Below, one piece after another: positions 28,522-38,528 of a stretch of 63,928 nucleotides of DNA (positions are counted from its first letter, which is position 1; each line of letters begins with the position of its first letter). Source of the DNA: a virus (taxonomy: Duplodnaviria; Caudoviricetes); the IMG/VR virus record IMGVR_UViG_3300012147_000014, positions 1-63,928 of that record. The stretch is one strand, 5' to 3'. A model generated the notes under the pieces. It had not been told where the DNA came from. It searched no databases and worked only from the letters and a program-made list of their open reading frames with translations. The position numbers and the translations under genes were made by a program.

Positions 28522-28832
28522 GCTCCGGTGCCCTCGATGTTGAATCGCGCCGTGCTCGCGGTCAGTGTCGGCTTACTCGTGATACGCGCCAGCCCATCGG
28601 GGAGAGTGATCGAACCCCCCTCAGCGCCGGCCGCCGTTGTCCAGTCGATTAGCTTCATCGTAACGCGCCCACTCATCACAGTCCTGCGCCCGCCCCGCGA
28701 GCCCCGTTCTGTGCCGGCCTCATTGACCTGGACGATCGCTTGGTAGTCTCCGCCGTTAAGCGTGACTGTATCGCCCATGCCCAGTTTGAGAGCTTGTATA
28801 AGGGATTTAGCCATGAAGGTTCTGAAGCTCAT
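28518..28832 (-). CDS. head-tail joining (FII-like) protein
   Basis: position, ~100 aa beta-rich. Confidence 0.5.
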   Translation of the reverse strand: MSFRTFMAKSLIQALKLGMGDTVTLNGGDYQAIVQVNEAGTERGSRGGRRTVMSGRVTMKLIDWTTAAGAEGGSITLPDGLARITSKPTLTASTARFNIEGTGA

Positions 28833-28850
28833 TGCCTGTATCGAGTTGTC

Positions 28851-28886
28851 AAAAAAAACCCACCCTTCGCGAGAAAGGTGGGTTTT
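28851..28886. terminator. bidirectional intrinsic terminator
   Basis: AAAACCCACC...GGTGGGTTTT hairpin with A and T tracts. Confidence 0.7.
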
Positions 28887-28935
28887 GATCTACAACTAAT
28901 TATCCCTCAATAACTACGTATCTTATGCAAAAATG

Positions 28936-29340
28936 TTAAGCCGTCGGATCAAGGATCGCATCAAGGGTAAGCGTTCCAGCGGTACCACTTGTATTGGTCA
29001 CGAAGAGAGCGGTAATGTCAGTGGTCACGGCGTCTGCTTCGGTGTCGACAAATGCCGCTCCGTTGGTCGAAGGCCAAACGTAAGGCACCCCGGCGGCGAG
29101 CGTAAATGTATTACCCGCTTCAGTGCCGGAGTTCGTCTCGACAAGCATATCTTGGTCAGCTAAAAGCATGAAAGATTTAGCTTGAGACACATCAAGCGCA
29201 AACGCTACTTGAAGGTCAGTAGAGCTGTCGGGGATCGGCTCTTGCACTCGGTGACTCGCCCCGCCTGTTACTGAGTGACTCTTAGAGTACAAACCGGAAA
29301 TATCTCCAGAAACACTGATCTGTATAGTTGCGCTTGGCAT
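28936..29340 (-). CDS. virion structural protein (hypothetical)
   Basis: Thr/Ser-rich, follows capsid gene. Confidence 0.5.
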   Translation of the reverse strand: MPSATIQISVSGDISGLYSKSHSVTGGASHRVQEPIPDSSTDLQVAFALDVSQAKSFMLLADQDMLVETNSGTEAGNTFTLAAGVPYVWPSTNGAAFVDTEADAVTTDITALFVTNTSGTAGTLTLDAILDPTA

Positions 29341-29388
29341 GGCTTAAAGTTCTTTGGGTTGCGTTAAAATTGGAGGCTAAACACCAGC

Positions 29389-30375
29389 TTAGTCAGCCGA
29401 AGTCGGGATGAGGATACCGCAGTTCTCATTGACAATCTTCTCGTCCGTATTGTGGCGGACGCGAACAATATCAGAGCGGATTCCTTCTTCGCGGTAAGAC
29501 TCAGTTACGAAGAAACCGGGGGAATCTTCTTCCCATACAATTGTGCGGCCTGCGCCGCCTGCTTCGAGGACGCCGCCCATGACGCAACCCATCCAAATAT
29601 ATGATTTAGACCAGACAAATTCCATATCGGCTGCGGTGGCTTTGCCTGTCTTCTTCTTCGTGTTCTCGTAGGCCGATTGGCCGATATAGAGCCTGATTGG
29701 AAGCTGGAGCATTTCAGAAATAAAGGCTTCGACTGCGCCAACTCCCATGATCTTGCTGCTTGAGTTTGCGCCGAAGATGCGAGTCGAGAGTAGGGTCGAC
29801 ATACTAATGCGATCCCAAAGCTCGTCGCTCATGGCGATCGCATTGGGGCGCTCGAGCAACTTGAGCATTTGACTCTTCGCTGCCTTCATGTCCTGCAAGA
29901 AGTCGATCGTGGCGAGGTTGGCAGCCTCGTAGGCTTCAACCGGATCAAGGGTTGGAAACACGGTGGTGTCGAAAATCTTATTCTTGACCCGGATCTCGTG
30001 GTCGAGGCGGATGGTGCGAGTCACACGTTTGAGTGCCACTGTCTCAAGCGCATAGTAGCGGGCCTTGTCTGCCTTTTCGGAGTCGTCGACCGCTTCTTCG
30101 AGACCGCGATCCTTACAGGAGTAGCTATCCGCTTCGTCGGTACCATCAATGCGAGGGTAGGAAGAGCGGGGCGCGCGGAGCGTGCCATTGCCATCAGAAC
30201 TGCGAGCAAGCTGGCCTGTGCGGAGGCGGAGGCGCTTGTATTCGCCGGTCTTAGTGCCGTAGCCGACATAAGGCATGAGAGCCTGGCCGATGTAGCCTTC
30301 GTCGGCATACATTGCTTCTTCGACAACTGCTTGGAGATCAGGCCGGATTTCGGCGCTTGTATTTTCGTAGGCCAT
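29389..30375 (-). CDS. major capsid protein (lambda E-like)
   Basis: 328 aa, position; PNAIAMS..W and ESYREE..RSDIVRVRH motifs. Confidence 0.8.
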   Translation of the reverse strand: MAYENTSAEIRPDLQAVVEEAMYADEGYIGQALMPYVGYGTKTGEYKRLRLRTGQLARSSDGNGTLRAPRSSYPRIDGTDEADSYSCKDRGLEEAVDDSEKADKARYYALETVALKRVTRTIRLDHEIRVKNKIFDTTVFPTLDPVEAYEAANLATIDFLQDMKAAKSQMLKLLERPNAIAMSDELWDRISMSTLLSTRIFGANSSSKIMGVGAVEAFISEMLQLPIRLYIGQSAYENTKKKTGKATAADMEFVWSKSYIWMGCVMGGVLEAGGAGRTIVWEEDSPGFFVTESYREEGIRSDIVRVRHNTDEKIVNENCGILIPTSAD

Positions 30376-30431
30376 AAATGGGTTTCCTTAGTAGGTGGTG
30401 TGTTTTGTGAGTGAAAAAGGCGGGCTAGTTT

Positions 30432-31100
30432 CTAGTTGCCGGAGATTGTGGCGGTGGCGGTCTTAACGATGCCCCCGATCGATACGTTCACGTGCATAGC
30501 GCCGTCGGCTGCTGTGATTGTGAGAACAAGATCGCCGTCGGCGTCTGTCGCGCATTCCAGGTCGCCGTGGGCGGTGTGGCTGGTAATAACTGCGCCGGTC
30601 GTTGCGGCCACCGAAGTTTCGGCGGGATTGACTGCCCCCAAGGCGGTGTTAGAAAGCCAGGCTCGGACAAGAGACAGCTGATTCGATTCAACCGTAGCGG
30701 TTGCAGTGCCGTCTTCGTTATCGACTACAGCGACTGAGAAGTCTTCAGCGTCGACTTCGGGATCAAGGAGCAAGCACTCAATCTCTGCGTTGGCACCGGG
30801 AGCGGCTTCCTTGGTCAAGCCAAGTTTGATCGAACCGGTTGCGCTGATAGTGCCGTCGTCACCAGCGAAGAAGGGCGCAAAAGCTGCAATGGCACCACTG
30901 GCTTCAAAGCCGAAAGACCCAGTGTCATTAAAAAGACGCACGCCAATGGGCGAACCGGATGCGCAACCGTGCTGCGTGATGCCGTGCCCGGCGTCGGTGG
31001 CGTCTGCATAGACGGCAGTCCCGCCACTGATTTTAACGCGGCGGCCATACAGGAGGGCTTCGCCTGCGATGAAAGTTTGCTTGGAGTTATCGTTGTTCAT
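30432..31100 (-). CDS. capsid cement/decoration protein (DUF2190-like) with C-terminal extension
   Basis: AGEAL..GRRVK, EASGAI, GLTKEAA..A..EIE. Confidence 0.65.
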   Translation of the reverse strand: MNNDNSKQTFIAGEALLYGRRVKISGGTAVYADATDAGHGITQHGCASGSPIGVRLFNDTGSFGFEASGAIAAFAPFFAGDDGTISATGSIKLGLTKEAAPGANAEIECLLLDPEVDAEDFSVAVVDNEDGTATATVESNQLSLVRAWLSNTALGAVNPAETSVAATTGAVITSHTAHGDLECATDADGDLVLTITAADGAMHVNVSIGGIVKTATATISGN

Positions 31101-31149
31101 GGTAAGAAATCGTTCCCAGTGGGTGAGTGAGTGAGTGAGTGAGTGAACC

Positions 31150-32487
31150 CTAGAGGTTAGTTACTTTGCCTCCGGCGCGGAATTCAGTGTAGCCGTCAGG
31201 GTCTTCCGAGATGCACTGGTGCCACGCTTTAGCCTTGGCGGATTGCGGCGTCATAGTGCTGTCTTTGGCAGTAAGCTCGGTGATCCGCTTAGCGACTTTG
31301 CTTTCAAAGGCGGCTTCGTCGGGATTCACCAGAGTGCCAGCGGCAGAGAAGTTAGTGGGGATCGGGCGACGACCAGCGCCGCTCAGTGCTTTCTTGAGCT
31401 GAGAGTTTTCAGATTGCAGCTCAGTGACCTTTTTGGCCTTTTCGGTTAGTTCGAGGATCGTCTTGTCGATCTCGGCGAATTCGGCCTTAATCGCAGCCTT
31501 TTCAACTGCGAGGTCTTTAGCGTCAAGCTTTGCAGTCAGGTTGGTGACTTGCTTGATGAGGGCGCTCATGGCAGTTGCAGTGGCGGTGCCAGCTTCGGCG
31601 GCAATTGCACCTTCGCCGCCTTCGCCGCCTTCGTAGCCTTCGCCGCCTTCGCCGCCTTCGTAGCCTTCGCCGCCTTCGCCTTGAGCGTAGTGCGCTTGGG
31701 TTTCTTGCTGAAGACTAGCGAGACCTTCATCCCCTTCAACTTCGGCAATAAATTCTTGAGCGGCTGCGAGGTCTTCGGCATCAATGCCAAGCTCGGCGGC
31801 TTGCTCTTCGGTGAGTCCGGCGATTTGGTAAGCTTGCGCCTCCGCTTGCTCGGTTTGCTGAGACTCAATGTATTGACCCTGCGCGTCGACTTTTTCAGTC
31901 AATCCAGAGATTGCGGCCATTACTTCGGCGAGAGTAGGTTCTTTAGGAATTGTATTTTCTGGTGGCATCTTATGGTTATTTGGGTTGTCAACTTTCTGCT
32001 GAAACAACCCGGTCGGATTGGCTGCAGGGTGGATTACGTAGTCGGTTGAAAGTAGTTTCTCACAGCGCGCCTTTACGCGTCCTTCAAAGATCACTGGGCT
32101 ATCGGGCTGCTTCATTGAAATGCTTAACCCGACGGTCTCGGGCTGCTCTTCGGCGGTCTCGAGTATCTGCGCAAATTGTGGGTGGCTCTTTAGAAGTTTC
32201 CAGTCGGCCAAAACCTTGTCATCTTTTCGGCGAAAATTCACCAGATGGCCGCATACCGCGTCGACGCCTGACCCGTGATTGATTTTTACTGGCACCTTCT
32301 TCTTTTCACGCCCTTGGAATTCGATCTGATCGAGCGTGGTGTCATCCACATCGATGTCGTGTCCAATCGCGGTAAGGTTTCCTGTGATCACAGAGACGCC
32401 ACGGATCATCCCCGCTTCGCGATCAACCTTCGGTTGCCCCGAATCGAGCTTTGCGTAAAATTGAACTAGGTTGCCGTCTTCTGCCAT
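31150..32487 (-). CDS. prohead protease-scaffold fusion
   Basis: VKINH, GLSI, STDYVIHPAANPTGLF then acidic coiled coil; ATG at 32487, possible internal scaffold start at 31968. Confidence 0.7.
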   Translation of the reverse strand: MAEDGNLVQFYAKLDSGQPKVDREAGMIRGVSVITGNLTAIGHDIDVDDTTLDQIEFQGREKKKVPVKINHGSGVDAVCGHLVNFRRKDDKVLADWKLLKSHPQFAQILETAEEQPETVGLSISMKQPDSPVIFEGRVKARCEKLLSTDYVIHPAANPTGLFQQKVDNPNNHKMPPENTIPKEPTLAEVMAAISGLTEKVDAQGQYIESQQTEQAEAQAYQIAGLTEEQAAELGIDAEDLAAAQEFIAEVEGDEGLASLQQETQAHYAQGEGGEGYEGGEGGEGYEGGEGGEGAIAAEAGTATATAMSALIKQVTNLTAKLDAKDLAVEKAAIKAEFAEIDKTILELTEKAKKVTELQSENSQLKKALSGAGRRPIPTNFSAAGTLVNPDEAAFESKVAKRITELTAKDSTMTPQSAKAKAWHQCISEDPDGYTEFRAGGKVTNL

Positions 32488-32524
32488 TTCAACGGCTTGG
32501 GAAGCGTCAACCCGCGCGGGCACG

Positions 32525-32555
32525 AAAAAGCCCCGGCCAGCTAAGGGCGGGGCTT
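32525..32555 (-). terminator. intrinsic terminator
   Basis: AAGCCCC..GGGGCTT hairpin with U-tract on - strand. Confidence 0.6.
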
Positions 32556-32581
32556 GGGTAAAGTATATATATGTTCGATTT

Positions 32582-32905
32582 TTACTGAGCTGGCTTCTTT
32601 TCCTTGCGTATGTGCGAGCCAATACGCCCGCCGATCGTTCCAAGAACCGCTGCGCCCGCAAGTCCGCCTACCAATTTTGAGCGCTTAAGGCGGCGAGCTA
32701 GTAATGATCCGACCGTTGCGCCGCCGATTATTCCAGCCCTGCTACCTTTAATCTCTTGACTTGAATCGACGCGCTTCTGCATCGCGTCATCTAGGTCGTC
32801 GTAGTATTCTCGACGAGGCGACTTAAACTCAGTTGGCGCAAGTGCCGATTGTAGATTGAGAATGCCGCGCTGTTGCACGTTGATTAGAATGGTTTGCTTC
32901 TTCAT
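32582..32905 (-). CDS. basic glycine-zipper protein (head region)
   Basis: GIIGGATVG / VGGLAGAAVLG. Confidence 0.55.
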   Translation of the reverse strand: MKKQTILINVQQRGILNLQSALAPTEFKSPRREYYDDLDDAMQKRVDSSQEIKGSRAGIIGGATVGSLLARRLKRSKLVGGLAGAAVLGTIGGRIGSHIRKEKKPAQ

Positions 32906-32909
32906 GGGT

Positions 32910-33089
32910 TTATCGGCGGCGCGCAAATTTAAGCCGTTCGCGGAGTGGCTTCACGTAGGCTAGGCGCATTTTCTCGGGTGTCGTATCGGAGGTTCCGGCA
33001 AACTGACCCATCTCATCACGTGAACGCTCGAAGTTGATCGTGCGCTGCAATTCGCGGATACGGGTCGTTTGATAAATTTGGAGATTCAT
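32910..33089 (-). CDS. 59-aa head-region protein with RDxxGxF motif (not in ORF track)
   Basis: manual translation MNLQIYQTTRIRELQRTINFERSRDEMGQFAG... Confidence 0.55.
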   Translation of the reverse strand: MNLQIYQTTRIRELQRTINFERSRDEMGQFAGTSDTTPEKMRLAYVKPLRERLKFARRR

Positions 33090-33098
33090 CAGGATGGA

Positions 33099-33638
33099 CT
33101 AAGCGCCACGAGCCAGCGCCTTGCTCGTGCGAGTAAGGAAAGAGCGAAGTCCGCCACGAGAGATTCGGCCAGCGCGGCGAACTTTCTTGACCAAACTAGC
33201 ATCAGGGCCTGTAACGCGGTCAGTGCCCTGGAAGACTCCGGAAACGCCAGTTTTAGCTCCGCGATAAGCGGTTCGGGCTTCGCGGCCTACTCGGCTAGCT
33301 TGCTCGCGAACACCAGCCGCGCGACTCATCCCACCATTGACCGTGCCGGTTTGTCTGCCCGTGACCCCTTCTCTGCTGTTGGCCATGCGTTCGCGGAGGC
33401 CTGAAATCCTCCTTTCGACACCAGAGGGGCCGATCGCGCCACTCATGCGGCCACGCGCATAAAGTCCACCCCCCACGGCACCGACTGCGGCCACGCCACC
33501 GATACCCGGGCCACCGCTTTCCTCTTGTCTGTAGCGCCCGTATTCATCGCGATACGCGAAGTCGGTCGTTTTCAGTTTAGCGTTCAGTTCAGCGATTTTG
33601 CGGCCGCGTAGGCGAAAGAGAATTGTTTGTGTGTCCAT
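33099..33638 (-). CDS. Arg-rich head-region protein
   Basis: RDEYGRY motif, Gly-rich hydrophobic segment. Confidence 0.6.
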   Translation of the reverse strand: MDTQTILFRLRGRKIAELNAKLKTTDFAYRDEYGRYRQEESGGPGIGGVAAVGAVGGGLYARGRMSGAIGPSGVERRISGLRERMANSREGVTGRQTGTVNGGMSRAAGVREQASRVGREARTAYRGAKTGVSGVFQGTDRVTGPDASLVKKVRRAGRISRGGLRSFLTRTSKALARGA

Positions 33639-33702
33639 GGTGCAGTTTTAAGAATGTCAAATGATGGGCTGGGCTATCATTATTTTAATGATAGAAGAAA
33701 GG

Positions 33703-36018
33703 TTAGGCGCGTTTTGGGAATTTTATTACTTTCGCCATAGGCGTAATCGGAGTCTTGTTGGCTTTACGCATGATGCCTCGAATTGCGCTTCTGCGGCTGG
33801 CGAGGCCATAGCTTCCAAGTCCGATACCAAGTATCCCGACCCCGATCGCGACATTGCGCTGAGTCCGGATACTGCCAACCCGCTCATGTGGTTTCTTCTC
33901 GCGACGATTTCGCGGGAGCGAGCCAGGCGTAAAAACGCGAGCGCTCTTACCTCGTGCATCACGAACATCCCATCCTGCCCCGCGAGTCTCGTCAGAGTCT
34001 AAGTAAGAAAGCTCTAGGGTGCGGCTTAACTGAGCCGTAAACACTGGCATATTCCTCCCGTGCTGGCGGTTAATGGCCGAGCCAATTTTACCCCCGTACT
34101 TTTTAAGCAACTTCGACTGATAACCTTGTGAGGCTGCGACACGGGACGCATACATGGGCGCTGCAATGGCCGCAGCTCCAAGCGCGTTCTTGAACCAACT
34201 TTTTTCGTAGAAGCGCTTTTTCTTGGGGTTTCGCGCACGGCCGCTTACCATGTCGTCAACGTCTTGCGCTGCCCCGCCTGCACGGCCTGCCCACTTGCGA
34301 GTACTCTGTGCCTTACGCATCATCCCCGGATAACTCAAGGTGCCAGAATACTGATTATTGTGATCTGCATTCGGAAGATTGAGCTCAATGACTCCGGTGC
34401 GATTTGCAGTCATACTACGGCTTGTGCCGCGAACGCCGCCAGTCAAGGGAGGAATATTTCTCCTGCGAGTGCTCTTCTTGACTACCTTCTTCTTAGCTAA
34501 CTTCGCGGCTTCTCTTGATGCCGTTCTTGCTGTAGCCTTGCCTTCACGGATTACGCTACCGCGCGCCGCATTCTCTGCTACCCGCGCAGCCTTCCGCGCA
34601 GTTGGTTCGAGGCTAGTGCCGGCCGCCCAATGGATACCTTTTTGAAATGGCACTTTAGGGCGAACCCGGTGGCGCATCGCCAGTCCACCCGCTATGGTGA
34701 GACCTGCGCCGACTGCAAACGGCGCAGCCTTGCGCAAGAAGCTGCGGTTATCTTCAAATTTATTGGTCTCAGGATTGATACCGGTCTTGCCATCCCATTC
34801 ACCACGAGCGCGAAAGTTGGTGACACTATCAATTGATTCTAAATGGCGAAGTAAGCGAGATTTACGGAGGCGAATTGAGAGTTTTGGAGTTTTCCGGACA
34901 GCACTATCAGGCCAATTCCGGTGAGCGCGTTCTAGTGCATGGGGAGTATTCAGCCCTTTTATGCTATCGCTGTATCCACTATTTTTCATGCCTGTATGGC
35001 GGACGCTAACATCAATTGACTTGCTATATTTTTGCTGGTGGTAGCCTTTGGCTTTCGATTGATCTCTAGGGAATCCCATTAAATTATCTGGCGTGTCCCG
35101 GTAAGGGCGCCCCCGACCTTGAAATTCAGTGACGCCCATGCGAGCACTGAAGAGCTTCCTTCGCCCACGAGTCGCGCCCTTGATAAGCCGATTTGCAAGC
35201 TTGCCGGTTGTCCAGTTCTTCGGGTTGGCTGAAGCGCGCAGTCGCTTCCCTATAAGGTGCGAATTCACAACAACTCTCTGTGATGCTTTATCGGCGCGTC
35301 TGGCAGTTCTCGCGGCGCTATGTGCAGTGCTTTTAGCGTTTCTGGAAATCGAATCTATATTGTCCTGCACAGAATCTACCACCTTGCCTGCCTTCAATGC
35401 AGTGCGGTAGGAGTAAAGCCCCAGCCCTAGACTGCCAACGACCCCTACGGTGTTGACGGCGGTTTGCACGTTGCGCTGCTTGCGCTCTTCTTGCTTGAGA
35501 GTTGAGCTGAAATTAGTGATACGACCTTCCATGGGGAGATTGCGAACGTCAAACTTCACCGGTGCCATCTTGCGCCCAGAGCGCACCCATTTCTTGAATT
35601 GATTAAGACCCATCGTAGTGGCGGATCCCATGCCTTTCCACCCTGGCGCATAGGCCGCATGGTAGGCGCGAATCGCTTCGTCCTTCGTAAAGAACCCGAG
35701 CATACATTTATGCTCGTCGAACTTGCGGGTCTTCGGTTCGACTTGGTTAATAATGACGATAAGCTCGCTTCGAGTGTGAGGCCCCATGAATACATCAATG
35801 TGGTCGCCGTCGCGTCCAGTCGTACCGCGGATATAGCCATAGTCGTACGGCATTACCGACGACCATTTCTTGCCGGACTTGTCTGTGCCGGATCGTGCCC
35901 CGCCTGCGGGGTTCTCGATCGAGATAGGCAACCCGTTCCATCTCAGTTTACGCTTACGGTAGTTGCCTGCACGTTTCTTCGCCTCAGATGGATTTAGGTC
36001 GGTGTGGTTCATGGTCAA
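33703..36018 (-). CDS. InPase-like domain plus basic modular protein (putative packaged/ejected polyprotein)
   Basis: ISIENPAG..RSG, YGYIRGTTGRDGDHIDVF, FDEHKCMLGF; located after portal gene. Confidence 0.7.
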   Translation of the reverse strand: MTMNHTDLNPSEAKKRAGNYRKRKLRWNGLPISIENPAGGARSGTDKSGKKWSSVMPYDYGYIRGTTGRDGDHIDVFMGPHTRSELIVIINQVEPKTRKFDEHKCMLGFFTKDEAIRAYHAAYAPGWKGMGSATTMGLNQFKKWVRSGRKMAPVKFDVRNLPMEGRITNFSSTLKQEERKQRNVQTAVNTVGVVGSLGLGLYSYRTALKAGKVVDSVQDNIDSISRNAKSTAHSAARTARRADKASQRVVVNSHLIGKRLRASANPKNWTTGKLANRLIKGATRGRRKLFSARMGVTEFQGRGRPYRDTPDNLMGFPRDQSKAKGYHQQKYSKSIDVSVRHTGMKNSGYSDSIKGLNTPHALERAHRNWPDSAVRKTPKLSIRLRKSRLLRHLESIDSVTNFRARGEWDGKTGINPETNKFEDNRSFLRKAAPFAVGAGLTIAGGLAMRHRVRPKVPFQKGIHWAAGTSLEPTARKAARVAENAARGSVIREGKATARTASREAAKLAKKKVVKKSTRRRNIPPLTGGVRGTSRSMTANRTGVIELNLPNADHNNQYSGTLSYPGMMRKAQSTRKWAGRAGGAAQDVDDMVSGRARNPKKKRFYEKSWFKNALGAAAIAAPMYASRVAASQGYQSKLLKKYGGKIGSAINRQHGRNMPVFTAQLSRTLELSYLDSDETRGAGWDVRDARGKSARVFTPGSLPRNRREKKPHERVGSIRTQRNVAIGVGILGIGLGSYGLASRRSAIRGIMRKANKTPITPMAKVIKFPKRA

Positions 36019-36103
36019 TCAATACCACCAAGCCCACGCGGTTGCAGTCAGCGGAATTGCAAACCACGCCAACGCGACGAGGAAGGTGAAAGAGAGCAGG
36101 AGG

Positions 36104-36484
36104 TTAATCCTCGCTACCAGTGGCGGCGTTATCGGCGGATTTCTCAGCTTGTCCATCAGCTCCGCGGCGCGCTCTAGATTTCCGGCTTCGAGTGCTTCTC
36201 GTATCTGATCCTTGATCAGACTGTCCGCATACAATGGTTGGCTCGCTTCGGGTGACGGTTTCTTTGATCGTTTTTGGCTCATAAGGTTCCTTTGCAATGG
36301 GCCCGAGTGTCCACTTGATTCCGCCCTTCTGGACGTAGTAGTGCGCGATCACTCCCTCGGAGTTGACCGCAACAAGGGCGAGTCGGTTGGGAGCGGTCAC
36401 AACCGTCCCGGCCAGCTCGAACCCCTCAGGCAATTCAATCGATTTAGGTTTAGCATCTCCGTAAACTAGGATGGATTCATTCAT
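36104..36484 (-). CDS. hypothetical protein
   Basis: coupled to portal stop; the overlapping 36019-36297 TM ORF is also plausible. Confidence 0.4.
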   Translation of the reverse strand: MNESILVYGDAKPKSIELPEGFELAGTVVTAPNRLALVAVNSEGVIAHYYVQKGGIKWTLGPIAKEPYEPKTIKETVTRSEPTIVCGQSDQGSDTRSTRSRKSRARRGADGQAEKSADNAATGSED

Positions 36485-38226
36485 GGTTGTTGTGTGGGTT
36501 GGTTGATGGGGCCGGCGGGCACCTCGGCGTCGCCTTGATTTGGCACAATGGATTCAGCTTTACCGCGAGGCATTTGGTAGGTGTAGCACAGTAACTCGAT
36601 CGCTTCGTCGCGTGGCAAGACTCCCTCGGCCACGTTGTTAATCACCTCTAGTATCTGCTTGGCCACTTTATCACCTGCGTCTTGAATCGTAGGCTTGATT
36701 TTCGGGGCAGGCTTCTGCGCGGCTAGGAGGTCGGCGAACATGCTAGTTGCGTTGCTCAAGCTTGGGTTGATGAGTTCAATCGGAACTCCTTGGAAGATTG
36801 CCTCCGCGTGAGTTTTCTTGATCTCGGAGATGCGTCCGCGCAAGACCTGATCAAAGTCGAGCCCTTGTGCGGCGACGAGCTTGCTTGCGGTGGTGAGCCC
36901 AGCATTGAGCATCGCTAGGTCGGCATTAGTTTGGTAGCCTAGGTCGGCGGTGATGTGTGCGCCGAATGTCCATGAGCCACCACTAGCGTCAGGCGCTGGC
37001 GGTAAGTCACCCATCAAGACTGCCTTCCGGAAGACCATATCCCGCAGTGGGTTTAATACCGATCGTTTAATCACGTTCTGCCAAGCGGTAATTTTCCGCT
37101 GAATTTGATGCGCCTCGAGTCGAGAATTTGCGCCACCGAAGCCCCGCATGTCAAAGAAGCCAAAAGGCAGATCAAGACCCATTGCTATGTCGCGAAGAGT
37201 GGCGTCGATTAGAGCGATAAATGCCCCGGAGGGGCGGTTGGAGGGCGGGAAGGCCGATACATCTTCACCGGTGGTCAGGCGCAGTAACTTATTTGGCACG
37301 ACGGACTGAGTAGGGGTGCCCTCGGCGGTCACCCCATCGAATTCGGCCGCACCTGTGCCTCGACCGCTACGACTGTCCTTCTCGAACACGACACCTGCGT
37401 AGCTGGCCGCCCACTTGGCCGCGCCGCGCTCCATTTCAAAAGACTCGTAAAGATCGTTGATCTGATCAAGGACTCGACAGAAAAATGAGATGCCACGAAC
37501 CTGGTCGGAGCTCTCCATGCTCATCAGCATTAAAATTTGTTCGGCGGGGATTACGCCATCAGGAACGGCTTTGTAGTTTCCGTGCTTATCGCGGTTAAAG
37601 ATTTCGTAGCCGAGCGGCTTACCTGAATCATCCATGAAGACTCCCGATACCTTATTCGGATCCACGTCGCCACCAGCAAGGTCGGGGTGCCCGATGCGGT
37701 CAGCCTCAATACACTGGAGGGAATAGCTTCTTTCTGTGTGGATAGGGTGAAAGGAGAAATCTCCATCCACGAGCATTTGGATAAAAGCCACCTTGCACAA
37801 GCCTGCTAGGTCAGTCATTTGACGCATATCGGCCTCATTTGTTGACCAGTTTTTCCAGTAGGCCTCGTAGATGGTATCGAGTTCATCGTCGCCCGTGTTG
37901 GCTTGATACATGATCTGGGGGATCACATACTCAGCGAGACGGTTGGTGGCGCAAGCAACGACAGGCACATCGCGGTAAGACTTACGCGCATCCCAAATAA
38001 GCTTTACGCGATCGCGCTGGCTCGCAGGGCTTTGGGTGGTGGCGTTCCTTGATCGCCCTCCTGATGGAGCGCGTCGTTTGCCCGGACTGGCGGCACGCCA
38101 CTGAAACTCGAGCATCTGGTGCCGGGCTTGCATGCGAGTGACCGCAGCCTTGGGAGCAATCTTGACCAAGCCGCGTTCAAAGCGGGTCGGCGCGAGCTGA
38201 TCTAATTTCTTTTGTAAATCGCTCAT
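36481..38226 (-). CDS. lambda-type portal protein
   Basis: LQCIEADRI, DQVRGIS, LRDIAMGLDLP, NSRLE. Confidence 0.9.
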   Translation of the reverse strand: MSDLQKKLDQLAPTRFERGLVKIAPKAAVTRMQARHQMLEFQWRAASPGKRRAPSGGRSRNATTQSPASQRDRVKLIWDARKSYRDVPVVACATNRLAEYVIPQIMYQANTGDDELDTIYEAYWKNWSTNEADMRQMTDLAGLCKVAFIQMLVDGDFSFHPIHTERSYSLQCIEADRIGHPDLAGGDVDPNKVSGVFMDDSGKPLGYEIFNRDKHGNYKAVPDGVIPAEQILMLMSMESSDQVRGISFFCRVLDQINDLYESFEMERGAAKWAASYAGVVFEKDSRSGRGTGAAEFDGVTAEGTPTQSVVPNKLLRLTTGEDVSAFPPSNRPSGAFIALIDATLRDIAMGLDLPFGFFDMRGFGGANSRLEAHQIQRKITAWQNVIKRSVLNPLRDMVFRKAVLMGDLPPAPDASGGSWTFGAHITADLGYQTNADLAMLNAGLTTASKLVAAQGLDFDQVLRGRISEIKKTHAEAIFQGVPIELINPSLSNATSMFADLLAAQKPAPKIKPTIQDAGDKVAKQILEVINNVAEGVLPRDEAIELLCYTYQMPRGKAESIVPNQGDAEVPAGPINQPTQQP

Positions 38227-38471
38227 TGGAAACTAGAGAAATCGGCAAAGCCGTGGCGTGGGGTTTTAGGAGCAGAGCGCTCACGCTTGATCTGAGAGGC
38301 TGCGCTCAATCGGTCACGGGTGTCGTTGGTTGATCGAGTGTAGCCGCTCTGCCCCTCAGTCTGTGTCACGTAGGGATTCTCTACCTGTTCTTTCAGCGTG
38401 GCGACTTCGGCCGCTAGTTCGGCATCCGTGTAACCATCATAAATCTCAACCCAATCTTCTTTCGCTCCCAT
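38223..38471 (-). CDS. gpW-like head completion protein
   Basis: 82 aa directly before lambda-like portal. Confidence 0.55.
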   Translation of the reverse strand: MGAKEDWVEIYDGYTDAELAAEVATLKEQVENPYVTQTEGQSGYTRSTNDTRDRLSAASQIKRERSAPKTPRHGFADFSSFQ

Positions 38472-38528
38472 GCAGTTGACGGTATTTCGTCAACCTCTAG
38501 GGCGGCATTTTGATTTCCATAATTCTCG

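Noticed and set aside
32488-32661. N-terminal extension of the protease ORF in the track
   Set aside because: Spans a terminator and overlaps the upstream gene; ATG 32487 with the TTGAC motif is more plausible.
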